Assembly (NCBI RefSeq): GCF_009914755.1
Contig: NC_060930.1
DNA from: the human T2T-CHM13v2.0 reference genome, Homo sapiens
Length of the DNA: 64,000 nucleotides
Strand: one strand, 5' to 3'
Both the position numbers and the translations under genes were made by a program. The notes beneath the pieces are model-generated. The model was given only the letters and a program-made list of their open reading frames with translations. It was not told the origin of the DNA and made no database searches. Of this stretch, positions 1-16,392 are shown piece after piece (within the stretch, counting starts at the first letter, position 1; every line of letters begins with the position of its first letter).

Positions 1-274
1 CCCCCGATCCATCATGGAGCAGAGGAAGTGAGAGGACTGGGGGGGATATCCAAGAACACAACTTGCAAAAGGCAGAATGCGGACAAAGGAGAATGTCTCA
101 AGGAGAGGACAGTCTGGAGCAGGGCTGTGTAGGGACTTTCCACACTTGTCACCAACATGCCAACATACCAACATGTGCCAATTGTGGGTGATAAACCAGG
201 GGACAAGAAGGACTAATAAATTCAGAGTGTGACTGAGGACAACTTGAGTAATTAAGATTACTATAATGATGTAG

Positions 275-603
<329 letters not shown>

Positions 604-1187
604 TGAGGTTTGTGGACCCCCAAGGAGTCTGTAGATAGTATTTGGGGACATATGTGAAATTATATAGGTGAACTTATATCTTTATTTCACTAACCTCTTT
701 AGCATTTCCTTCAATTATGAATGTTGGCAACAAAACACAGTAGTATCAGCAGAACTTGACTTTGTCACCAGTAGAAATGACAAACATTTCTATATTACAT
801 TACAATTGCTAAAGAGATCTTGAAATATTAGTTACATTCATCACTACTTTGAAATTATGGTAGTTATTAGACCCATGTTATTAAATAACACAATTTTGGT
901 ATTTTTGATATTTAGATAACTGTATTTCAATGTAACTGGTTTTCCTTATAATCCTGCTTATTTTATGCATTAAAAAATTATTCAACCAAGACCGTTTACT
1001 AGGTGAAGACAATCTCTTCAACTAATTGTCCTGGGAAAACAGAATATCTACATGTAAAAGAATAAAGCTGGACCTTTACCTTACACTATATACAAACATT
1101 AATTCAAAAAGGATCAAAGACCTAAATTTAAAAGCTAAAACTATAAAATTCATAGAAGGAAACATAGATGAAAATATGCATGATCTT

Positions 1188-1540
<353 letters not shown>

Positions 1541-1660
1541 TGCATGATCTTGCATGATCTTGAATTTGACAAGTTTCTTAAATATGGCACCAAAAGTCCA
1601 GGCAACAAAAGAAAATACAGATAAATTGGATTTCATCAAAATTAAAAACTTTTCTACATC

Positions 1661-1970
<310 letters not shown>

Positions 1971-3226
1971 ACTTTTCTACATCAAAGGACACTGTATCAA
2001 CAGAGTGAAAAGACAACCTGCAGAATGGGAGAAAATATTTACAAAATTATATAAGATTTACAAACATATATCTGATAGAAATTTAATATCCAGAATACAT
2101 GAAGAACTCCTATAACTCAACAACAAAAAGACAAACAACCTAATTTTACAAAGGACAAAGGAAATGAATAGACATTTCTCCAAAGAAGATATACAATTAA
2201 CCAATAAACACACCAAAAGATACTCATCACCTTTAGTCATCAGGAAAATGCAGAACAAAAGCAAAAACAAAAAACCACGATGAGATATCATTTCATACCT
2301 AATAGGTTGGCTATAATTTAAAAAAACGGAAAATAACAAATGTTGGAGAGCACATGGAAAAATTGTACATTGCCAGTGAAAATGTAAAGTGGTGCAGCTA
2401 CTGTGGAAAACAGTTTGGCAGTTCCTTAAAAAGTTAAATTTACCACAGATTTATGATGTGATTCAACAATTCTAGTCCTAGTTATAGGACTTCAAACAGA
2501 TCTCCTGTGCCAATGTTCATGGCAGCATTATTTACAGTAGCCTAATGGCGGTAGAAACAACTCAAATGTCTGTTAACGAATGGATAAACAAAAATGTGGT
2601 ATATAAATACAATGGAATATTATTCAGCCATAAAATGAAATGAAGTTCTAATACATGCTACAATATGGATGAACCTTGAAAACATTATGCTAAGTGAAAG
2701 AAGTCAGACACAAAAAGACAAACATATTGTATGATTCTACTTAAGTGAAATAGCTAGAATAGGCAAATTCATAGAGACAGAAAGCAGAAGAGAGGTTACT
2801 TGGGCTGAGGGGTGGGGAAATAGGGAATTATTGCTTAACAGAATTTCTGTTTGAGGTGATGAAAAAGTTTTGGAAATAGCGGTGATGGTTTCACAACATT
2901 GCGAATGTCAATCATGCCACTGAATTGTATATTTAAAAATGGTCAAAATAGCCAATTTTATGTTATACATATTTCAACACAATAAAAAACATTTAAAAAA
3001 TTATTCTGAAAGATGTTGATTAACTTTATCAGACTGCTAGAAGGTTCAAAGCACAAAAACAGGGTAAGAGCCCCTGAACTGTAGGACCTAGCTAGTCACA
3101 GCGGGTATCAGAGGTGGTGGTGGTAGATTCTACCTTAGTGACCATGAGTACCACCATGTGGGCACTGTTGGATATGAGACTAGAAGAATCTCATTCCCCT
3201 ACCATTAATCAGTCCACCATGGCTAT

Positions 3227-3530
3227 GTTATTTATTTATTTTTTTTGAGACAGAGACTTGCTCTGTTGCCCAGGCTAGAGTGTAGTGGCACAATCTCGAC
3301 CCACTACAACCTCCGCCTCCCAGGTTCAAGCAATTCTCATGCCTCAGCCTCTTGAGCAGCTGGAATTACAGCACGTGCCACCACGCCCAGCTAATTTTTG
3401 TATTTTTAGTAGAGACGGGGTTTCACCATGTTGCCCAGGTTGGTCTCAAATTCCTGGACTCAAGTGATCTGCCTGCCTTGGCCTCCTGAAGTGCTGGGAT
3501 TACGGGCGTGAGCCATTGCGTCTTGCTGGC
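3227..3530 (-). mobile_element. Alu
   Basis: Antisense Alu consensus. Confidence 0.92.
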
Positions 3531-3821
3531 TATCTTATTTTTGGTCGGGAGTCTGGTAGTCATGGTTGATTGAACAATGGAATTATGAAATATCCTCCTT
3601 AGGTACCATAGGGACATCCAAGATCTTTATGCCCAGGAAGTTTACAATCGAAAAGGTACTGCAAGACAAACCACAAAAATGACTGAAGAAAAATTGCACA
3701 ATAAACTGCATGATTCTGATTACAGGAACTCAGACAAGAAAGAGAAGCGGACCCCAAAGGAGTCAGGTTAGGTTTCAGTCCTGCCCGGCTCGGCAGCAGG
3801 TGAAAGATTGGACACACGCAC

Positions 3822-4009
3822 CGGCACTGGACGTGGTGTCTGAAGGTGGTGATGTTGATGTTCATGTTCCCAGAAGAGGAGGCCTTCCTTTTGTGTTCCT
3901 GTTGAAAGGTCTCCTCATTGTATACTTCACGCTTAACATCATATGCGAATGAGTTTCGCCTGGACTTAGAGCTGAAGCCAGAGATGGCGCTCCTCTCTAG
4001 TTGTGCCAT
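3822..4009 (-). CDS. SLC26A8: SLC26A8 (testis anion transporter TAT1) first coding exon; exon spans 4011-3822
   Basis: Translates MAQLERSAISGFSSKSRRNSFAYDVKREVYNEETFQQEHKRKASSSGNMNINITTFRHHVQCR, the recognised SLC26A8 N-terminus. Pyrimidine tract + AG acceptor ends 2 nt before the ATG (ctcatccag|GAATGG). Donor CG|gtgcgt at 3821; 188 coding nt. Confidence 0.95.
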
Positions 4010-4709
4010 TCCTGGATGAGTGGAAAGAGAGCAAATAAAAGAGCATTTTCAGTAATCCAGATCCTCGGCATATTTTTAAGGAAATAAAATTCCTATATAA
4101 TAATGTTTTACACTTGCATAGCATCTTTCAGTTGTAAAAAACTCTTTCTCAAAGTTGTATAATTTTATGCGTATTCTTTTCATTTTTCAAATGGAGACAA
4201 CAAAACCCAGAAGTTTAAACAGTCTTTGCTGTTTGATACTTATTAGAGCCAGGACTAGAACCCAGGTGTCCTGCTGGGAGGCCTAGTTTTCTTTATATTC
4301 AGTTGTGTTATGTTGTAGGAAAATGATCAAGAGGTGGACAGTATTAATCAACAATTTTCACTGAAAATGCTCACTATCCAGCATATATGAAGAAGTCCAG
4401 ATGAAGGGTTAAGTGCTCAATACAAGTCTTGTAACTCCTCTAAAATAGCAGACATCATTATCCCTTTACCTTTTACTTTTCTTCATGGCACTTGCCAGCA
4501 CCTGATTCATTATTTGTCTGTTTGTCCATTGTCTGTTTCCCCCATAAAATGTAAGACCAGGAAGCAGGACTGTGACTATTCACAGTTGCAGCCCCAGGAC
4601 CCAAAAGAATGGCTTTCACTTAGCAACTTAGCAGGCCCTTAACAAGTGTTTCTTGAATGACTGCCAAGTATACAGTTAGTGGCCTCATGGTGTAGCAGAA
4701 AAAGCTATA

Positions 4710-4935
4710 GAAGTTCAAGACTAGACTGGGCAACATGGTGAAACCCTGTCTCTACTAAAAATAGAAACAAAATTAGCTGGGCATGATGGCATGGCATGTA
4801 GTCCTAGCTGCTCAGGAGGCTGAGGTGGGAGGATCACCTGAGCCCAGCAGGTGGAGGTTGCAGTGAGCTGGGATCGCACCACTGTACTCCAGCCTGGGTG
4901 TCAGAGCGAGACCCTGTCTCTAAAAGAAAAAAAAA
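4710..4935 (+). mobile_element. 5'-truncated Alu (J-like)
   Basis: Sense Alu lacking its 5' end. Confidence 0.85.
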
Positions 4936-5249
4936 TCTATATTATCCTGCTTTTTTAAAAGATTGAAAAGATAGAGTAAATGAGGATGGATAGGGATCCA
5001 TCTCTGGGAGAAAGTATAACCAGTCTTAATAATCTATGTTTTTGAACAATAAAAAAAGCATAAACTCTAAAATTCTTCCACATAAATGTAAAAAAGCATA
5101 TGTATAAACCACATACCTATAAAATATATTGGTAAACCCTCAAATTATATAGATTACACAATTATATAGATGATGGGTGATGCTGCAGATAAGTTTAATG
5201 TGTCAGCAACTTTGTTTTCCTTCAGAAGAATCATCATCATCATCATTGC

Positions 5250-5400
5250 CAACATTTATTGGGCATTTATCCTATGCCATGCATTGCACTAGATTTCTTC
5301 ACGAGTTATGTCATTAAATTTCCACAACAATACCAGTACTACTATTTCTTTCATTTTACAGGTGTAAAACCAAGATTTTAGAAAATGTAAGTAATTGGGC
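5250..5400 (-). mobile_element. MIR fragment
   Basis: cattttacag-type MIR core, antisense. Confidence 0.55.
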
Positions 5401-5854
5401 CATAATTATATATTGTATTTTTACCCTCAAAGCATTGGGTAGAAGTAATATGCTGTATAACAACCATGAACTAAAGATCACAAATTCTCTAAACCAGTGA
5501 GGTGACTGGGGAATACAGAAGAGGATGGGAGAGGTACTTTACAGTATATTACTTAAGATAATTAGTGCCTCATGTCTCTTACAAAAAGAAAAAAAGGTAG
5601 AACTGTATATTGAAATGTAAGGAATCCCCCCCCACCTTTCTTTCCCCACCCATAGGAATACAGACCCAATCTTCCTTACTTTCCCCGTATAATTGTCCAA
5701 TGTACTTCCATGAGTAGTCTCTTTGTTCCCAGCAACCTAAACAAGCCTAATTAGTCTGCTAATGACAAAACTGATATCCTGGGTCACATCGAGAGTCTAG
5801 AACCCAGCATTTTGTTCTGAAAGTGACATTAAAGGAGGATTGGTGTAAAATAGG

Positions 5855-6045
5855 CAAAATATGACCGTCAAGGAGTGGTGGGAACAGTGGGGCTGGCAAA
5901 GGCAGCAGAAGCTGCTTAGCTCTAGCCATTTTTGCCATCGGTCAATGTGGGGCCCGGAATGGCTTAGATCTGATCTTTTCCAGGAGAAGCCATAATGCCA
6001 GATTTTTACGTGGAATCTTCTGGCTTTTAAATGTTGTCAATTACT
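5855..6045. mobile_element. MER102-like hAT fossil
   Basis: ttttccaggagaagcc...cagatttttacgtggaatct...ttttaaatgttg motif. Confidence 0.5.
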
Positions 6046-6085
6046 TTACATATGTTTACGTATACATATAAATATATATGTATAT

Positions 6086-6568
<483 letters not shown>

Positions 6569-6652
6569 TATTTAAAGTCTTTCAGCAGAAGTAGTAATAC
6601 GCACAGAGATGCATTTTGGGAAGATGAAATGTGCCAGTGTTATGTTCTAGAG

Positions 6653-6838
6653 CTGAGTTGTCCAGTATGGTAGCCACGGGCTACATGTGGCTATTTAAAC
6701 TTAAAATAAAAAATTCAGATCCTCAATTATACTAGCTAGATTTCAAGTGCTCAACAGCCACATATGGCTAGTGGTTACCTTACTGGACAGTGCAGATATA
6801 AAAAATTTCCATCATCACAAAAAGTTGTTGGACAGTGG
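6653..6838. mobile_element. MER3 (hAT MITE)
   Basis: tgtccagtatggtagccac...ctacatgtggcta...ttggacagtg. Confidence 0.8.
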
Positions 6839-7127
6839 AGATAGGAGAGACTGAGGCAAAACAGCCAATTGGAGACCATTAATATTAGTCTAGGAGATGT
6901 TATCAAGTCATAAACTCCTACGACCACAGTGAGGATGGCTAGGAGGAGCAGGTGGAAAGTTGTCTTTAAGGAACTCCATCAAATGTCTGGCTAACAGCAG
7001 CAAGGGTAAACGCATGGTTTCCTTATTATTTTTTTTAAGTAATTTTCTTTGGAATTTCTCCAGCTCCATTATGTCTTTCTTGATTTCATAGAAATCCTAG
7101 TGGCTCATTTTCATGTACTAGCAGGAC

Positions 7128-7350
7128 ACTTCCCAAGAAGATGCAATGACCAGAAACTCCTACTGTTGAGTAGGCCCCACTTAGCAAGACCTACTGAATC
7201 AGAAACTCTGGGGGCCATCAGTCTGTTTTAAGAAGCTGTCCAGACTGCTGGGCCCCCAGAGATTCTGATTCAGTAGGTCTTGCTAGGTAGAAAAAAAGCA
7301 AAGAAGCTGTCCAGGTGATTCTGATAAAAATTAAAGTATGACTACCACTA
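7128..7350. mobile_element. MER5A carrying a local inverted insertion
   Basis: agacctactgaatcagaaactctggggg...ccaggtgattctgat matches MER5A. Confidence 0.75.
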
Positions 7351-7456
7351 TAAATATAGTGGATTATCTTTCATGAGCCTTTCAGTGCTAAGTTTGGGGG
7401 CCCTGTTAAAATACAAGCACTTTTGGCCTAGCTCTTTCACCCTCCATAGTACCCTT

Positions 7457-7517
7457 ATCCATCCATCCATCCATCCATCCATCCATCCATCCATCCATCC
7501 ATCCATCCATCCATCCA
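7457..7517. repeat. (ATCC)n tetranucleotide microsatellite
   Basis: About 15 perfect units. Confidence 0.97.
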
Positions 7518-7570
7518 TTTATCTAATTATTTACATTATCTGTGTTCAGAGTGCTTTAAAAGTAAAGAAT

Positions 7571-7878
7571 AGGCCAGACATGGCTCAGTGGCTCATGCCT
7601 GTAATCCCAGCACTTTGGAAGGCCAAGGCGGTTGGATCAGCTGAGGTCAGGAGTTCAAGACCAGCCTGGCCAACATGGTGAAACCCCGTCTCTAATAAAA
7701 ATACAAAAATTAGCCGAGCATGATGGCGTGCCTGTAGTCCTGGCTACTCAGGAGGGTGAGGCAGGAGAATCGCTTGAACCTAGGAGGCAGAGGTTGCAGT
7801 GAACCGAGATCAAACCACTGCATTCCAGCCTGGGCGACAGAGCAAGACTCTGTCTCAAAAAAAAAAAAAAAAAAAAAA
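7571..7878 (+). mobile_element. Alu (Sx-like)
   Basis: Sense Alu + poly-A. Confidence 0.94.
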
Positions 7879-8699
7879 GTCAAGAATAAAAAGTTTAAAT
7901 ACAATCCAATTTTTTAGCTATTGACCCAAATAATATGAAATCTTGAAAGCTAGTTTAGTTGCAGGAATATCTTCCCCCTGATATTGTTAACTTTCTTATG
8001 TTTTCTATAATCACGGAAAGGCAAAATTTACTTCCGAATTTTCAAAATAAGCATTTGTAATTCCATCAGAAACAACCCTACACCTGTTACTACCTAGGTT
8101 TTTATGGAGAATGTATTGGGAATACAGAAAAGGTATAAGCAAAGAGCCTGGCCTTTAGATCCTTTAGTCACTCTGGCTAGTGGCTAGGGATGACTAGTAA
8201 GATGACAGTCCTTAAGCGGATGACCATTGGACACATAAACATAGGACAACCACCTTCCATGCAATGTGGATAGAGTAACATGGTGTGTTGGAGAGATGCT
8301 CATTATTGGGGTGGGGGTGCTGGAGAAGGCTTCACGGGGCCCCTGACACATCAACGGCATTTGACATGAAAAGAAAGGGGCAAGGAGGTGGGGGTGGGGA
8401 TTCAGTCACAGGGAACAAAATTAACAAAAGCAGTGGGGTCTGAAAGGAAGAGGAACGGCCGGGCAGTCAGGCCTCAGGAGGAAATGGATGGGGTAGGCGG
8501 TGGGGTGCAGGTAGCACGTCAGTTCTGGGGCTTTTGACAATATAGACAGGAGAATTTGAAAGGATGCAGCTTGCAAAACGCACACACTGTTGTCTCTTGT
8601 CATTGCCATCCACACGGCCTTTGAAAGTAGAGACAATACCTCAGAGATAAGCTCCCAGGGACGACCATCATTCATTCATTCCACAGATACTGACTGAGT

Positions 8700-8955
8700 G
8701 CCCACGGCGTGCCTGGCTCTGCGGCATACCTGGGTACCTGCCGGTGACGGACGCAGCCCCCGCCCTGGGACCTGCAGCCCCCGGCGCCCAGGCGTCTCCC
8801 AGCAGCGGCTCACCTGGCTCCTTGGCGGGGGCGGGAGTGCGGGCGCTGGGATCCCACACGGCTCTCGCCTGGCTGGCGGCGCTGCGGACGCGGATACCGG
8901 CGGCGGTTCCCGAGCCGTTGTGGCCTAGCCCGCGGGCGTTCCGGGCGGGCTGAGG
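8700..8955. promoter_or_regulatory. Small CpG island / SLC26A8 promoter
   Basis: Very GC- and CpG-rich block in otherwise CpG-depleted DNA. Confidence 0.85.
8814..8951 (-). other. SLC26A8: SLC26A8 non-coding exon 1 (5' end approximate)
   Basis: Lies in a CpG island upstream of the coding exon, with a strong minus-strand donor CAG|GTGAGC at 8813. TSS position is inferred, not directly visible. Confidence 0.7.
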
Positions 8956-9329
8956 AGATGAGAGTGGGGGAGGGGACGAGGAAGAGGAGCATGAGCAGCT
9001 GGGCTAGGGAGCCAGGAAAGTGGTACCTGGGTCGCCCTCCTCATACCTGAGTCGTGGGATCCCCTTGGTATTTGGTAAACCTGTATACCAAGGCTCCTTC
9101 TCTCTCCGAGGTTTTGCTATTCTTGATCGAGGGCCTATTTGGTGCCAGGCCTCGTGTCCTGAACATACAGCAGTGCACATGTGTCACATGTGTACTGCAC
9201 AGACGGTAATTCACTAACGTCTCCGGAAGACTTAAGCCTTCCTCAGGTCAGAAGAGGTAAAAAGAAATGGAGGCTAGGAGGGTCACCCAGGTCTCCAACC
9301 ATAGGCTGTCTGCCCCACAAACCCGGCTC

Positions 9330-9790
9330 TCCCCACTGAATGACACCCTCCTGCCCAGATCTGCTCTGGATGCAGACATGCCATCTGCACTCACTCCCTT
9401 TACCCTCCTCCCACCCTATCCCTGTCCCTAGCACTGTCTCTCACTCCACCTTGTATTCCTGCTTGGCCCAGTTACAGTTTTACACTTGTTTGTTTGATGA
9501 CTGTGTTAATGTCTACCTTATAATGCACTTTATGTATTCCTTTTTGTAAATCATCTTACCCCTATGAGGGCAAGGACTTTTATCCCTTTCATTAACTGTT
9601 TTATTATCAGTGCCTACAGCAGTGTGGTGGACATAGGAAGTATTCAATTAATTTTTGTTGAATGATTGCCCTCCCATTGATTGTAAGCTCCACACCGGCA
9701 GCAACTGTAGTTTTTAATCACTTTTAAACTGCAAGTGTTTGACACCTAGTAGGCATTTAATACACATTGGTTGAATGAGTGTATGAATAT
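9330..9790 (+). mobile_element. L2 3'-end fragments
   Basis: gcctacagcagtg...cataggaagtattcaattaatttttgttgaatga and a second tail gttgaatgagtgtatgaa. Confidence 0.55.
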
Positions 9791-10846
9791 ACTGCTTACT
9801 TTATCTTTACCCTTTCATTCACCCTCACCTCATCATCCCAATTTGTAGGATAAAAATGTGCATTTCTGAGGATTCCTACTTCCAAGCTTCCTCCTCACCC
9901 TTTGTAACCATTCCCTCATTCCCTTGATCCCCCCAACCCCATCCCTCATGTCTTCACAATCATGTTTTTGCTCTTACTTCCCCTTCACCCTCCATTACTT
10001 CTTAGAAAGCTTCCTATCCTCCCTAGTTTGGAACATTCTCAAGCAACATGTTTTTGTAGATAAGAGAATTCCAGCCTAAGCTACATTGGATCCAAAACAG
10101 CTTTCCATGAATCACCCATGACTATCTGTTTTTTGGTTTTATATTGCTTTCCTTGAAGAGGACTGAGGATACTGTACCACTTGAAATCATGGTCACTGTT
10201 CATAATTTTTTCAACAAATATTTATGACACATGTTTTATGTTCTAGACATTGTGCTAGATGTTGGGACAAGATATGCAAAGTCTGAGCCCTCCAAGGTGT
10301 GTATGACACAAAATAGAATAATCACGGGAAATGTTGAGAAATGTCCTGGCTTGGATCTAGTTATTTCTAATACAAGAAACTAAGAGAATGAGACAGGATC
10401 TGATTCTTCTGCTCATTGTAACAAGCTTTAGCATAGGCATAGGTTGATAATGGATGTAGGCATGGGGTTAGAATGCCTTGCCCATTCACATTTATCTTGT
10501 TTGGTTTTTACAAATGACTCTGTTAGTCGGGAATGCAGGGCAGGAATTCTCTCGTAGAAGCTGGAACTGAGGTTCAGGAAAGGTCAGTTGACTTGCCTAA
10601 ATTCGATGAGACTCCTGCCCTATTCTCCTTACTCGAAGAGGCCTGAGTTAAATGCTTAAAATCCTCTTCACTGATGGCTCTTCAGGATAGGAGTCAGTTT
10701 CAAATCTTCAGTGTAACGGTTTTTTAAATGCTTCTCAAAGGGAGATATCAGAGACTTTCCTGAATCAGAATCACCTAAGATGTATTATAAAAATGCATGC
10801 TCTTGATCAAGACCTCCTCTGACCTACCCAATTAGACTCCCTGTGA

Positions 10847-11239
<393 letters not shown>

Positions 11240-11367
11240 CCTGGAAAGCCTCAGCTTTGATGCAGGGTTAACATTTGCCTTTGGGACATATTTCGTCAGC
11301 ATCTCAAAGAGTAACCCATATGTCCTTGAGCAGATGGGAATGCAACAGCCTTCTGGCCGGAACCTGT

Positions 11368-11741
<374 letters not shown>

Positions 11742-11744
11742 TAA

Positions 11745-12584
<840 letters not shown>

Positions 12585-14127
12585 TGAGTGTCGCTGGGCC
12601 TGGGGCCGCTGTGGGCAGGGTGGCCCCTCGCGCCCGAGGGCCAGGCCTGCTCCACTGCTCAGCGTTGCGTCAAGTGGCAGGAATTTTCCTCGGGGGAGGG
12701 CATTGCTGCCCCTTCGAGCTCTGCCCGTTCTGCACCTCCAGCACCCCTCGCCCTGCACTCACGCAGGTATGCGGTCCACCGTGTGCAGCACTCAGGTCCG
12801 CTGCGAGAGGTAGGTGGTGGTGCTGGAGCTCGGTTCTGGCTAGCACCCTGCGCCTTCCCCTCTCGGAGGGTTGCTGCTCGGCAACAGGCACCGGGGGAAG
12901 GGCCGCTTCCTTGGGGGTCTCCCTGCCTACCTGGAGCAGAAGGACCCTCTCCCGTGATGCGCCCACGCTGGGGCTCCGGACCCTGGGTCCTCTGAGCAGA
13001 CAAGCTCGGGGAACTGCCGGGAGAAGCAGAAGGGCACAGCCCAACCCGAAGACTGCGGTCATCTGAACAAAACTGACCAGGAAGGGAGCTCTCTCCGGGC
13101 CTTTTTTTTTTTTTTTTTTTTTCAAAACTCTGTCGAAATCCCATCTTGAAAAGCGTTCTTTTTGAATTCGCACTTGAATTAACAGCGATCCATAGAGCTT
13201 AAAATACCGACTTTATCTCGGTGAGCACTGTGCCAGCTTGAGTGGTGTGTTTCCGATTCGGTTGAAAGCGTATTTCCTTTCCGTGGAGGGGCGGCGGTGG
13301 TAGTGCCTGCAAGAACACTGCAGCTTGAGAAACTGGCAGGCTCACTGATTAGTCACATACCACTGCTCATTTAAGTATTGTTCGACAAAACAATTTTCTC
13401 ATTTGGAGCAAGAAAGATTCAGATCTGTAAGGCGCCCTCAAGATCAAAAAGTTATTAACAGTGCTGGGAGGTATTGTAAATATTTTTTGAGATAATTCCT
13501 GCGAATACTGTGTTTTAAAAGTCCCTTAGAGAGCTTGCAGGGAGTTATCTAGTTATCTGCATTTATGGCCTGAGGTACACGATGGTTTTCGTAAGGATAT
13601 GGAACCACATAGAAAAGGAAGGGAAGAGATACTTTTTAGCTTTAATTTACACCGTGAGTGTGTTTTAAATTAAGTCGATAGCATATAATTTCCAGACCTG
13701 AAATATTTCACTAACTGCTCTCTTAACTTCCAAGGTTTTATACCCTGTATTTTAGATTTTCTATAATTTGAAAGCTACGGATCTTAAACTAAGTATCAGA
13801 TTTAACTGTTAGCTTTTTCTGTGTTTTAGTAATTCGTATTGTATGCGTCATTTGAAAACGGGCCTGTAAAATCGTTTTTTTGTTTTGGAACAAATTCCAG
13901 GCTTTTGGATGTGTTAATCTTTAAATATGATTTCTGTGTTTCCCAAAGTCACATCATGAATTTCCTGTTTGGTAGAATCTTCTGGGTAATTGAGATTGTG
14001 CAATTGTGTCCAGCAACAGATCATATTGCATTTTCTAGTTCAAGTTGCTTAAGTTATGTTGCAGATAGCACCGTGCTTGACATCTTTCTCCCATTTTTAC
14101 AGCATGGCAGTTTACATTTTAAAGGAA

Positions 14128-14272
14128 TTTGCAGCATTTTACATTCAGAGAGTGTGTGTGTGTAGTTGGTTTGCAGCATTTTACATTCAGTATATACATA
14201 TTATATAGGTATATACATTCAGTATATACATATTATATAGGTATATACATTCAGTATATACATATTATATAT
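14128..14272. repeat. 21-bp direct repeat plus 32-bp AT-rich minisatellite (about 2.8 copies)
   Basis: TTTGCAGCATTTTACATTCAG at 14128 and 14170; unit TACATTCAGTATATACATATTATATAGGTATA from 14182. Confidence 0.9.
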
Positions 14273-14715
14273 ATCTAGTTGATTTGCTAATTTTCAAAGA
14301 CGTATTTGGATCATTGCTCTTTTAATATTTTATAGCTCATTAATATACTTCCATTTTTTCATTCTTGAATTGACATACATTTCTGTAGTATCACGTTTTC
14401 GTTTTCAATGCTATTTAAATTTTAATGGAGTGATACAGCAGAATAACTCAACTATAGAGGGTTTGGGTGAACTCCAATTGAATTGCTTGCAAGGGTTCGC
14501 TACTATTGGTGACTAGCTCTGCACTGGAACAGGAGATTCAGATTTACAGTGAAGTACCATTAAAATTAACTCCACAGTTCTTTAGTGGTATACTTTTCTG
14601 TGGTATAGAAGCCAGCAGTATCTGACACTTAAAAGTACTTTTATTTTATTGAACAGATTTTTTAAAATACATTGACATTGTATAAAATTTGAAAGTTTTA
14701 CAAAGGTACTCAGTG

Positions 14716-15121
<406 letters not shown>

Positions 15122-15290
15122 TTATTTGCTTGTTTGTTTAGTAGTCTTTCTACTAAAGGGATTTAAGATGTAACCTACAGCATATTGGTGAAAGAAAATA
15201 CAACTGAAACTGAAATTGTATGACAATTGACAATAAACAAATTATAACTAATGTTGGAATGAAAATACCAGAATTTAGATTTACAATTAA

Positions 15291-16392
<1,102 letters not shown>

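Noticed and set aside
3599-3821. C-terminal part of the 136-aa minus-strand ORF
   Set aside because: Read-through past the SLC26A8 donor at 3821; it diverges from the known protein there
13102-13122. T21 tract near the edge of the CpG island
   Set aside because: No Alu body or TSD; ordinary homopolymer with no further evidence of function
14182-14272. 32-bp repeats as a CRISPR-like array
   Set aside because: Head-to-tail tandem copies with no spacers, in eukaryotic intron
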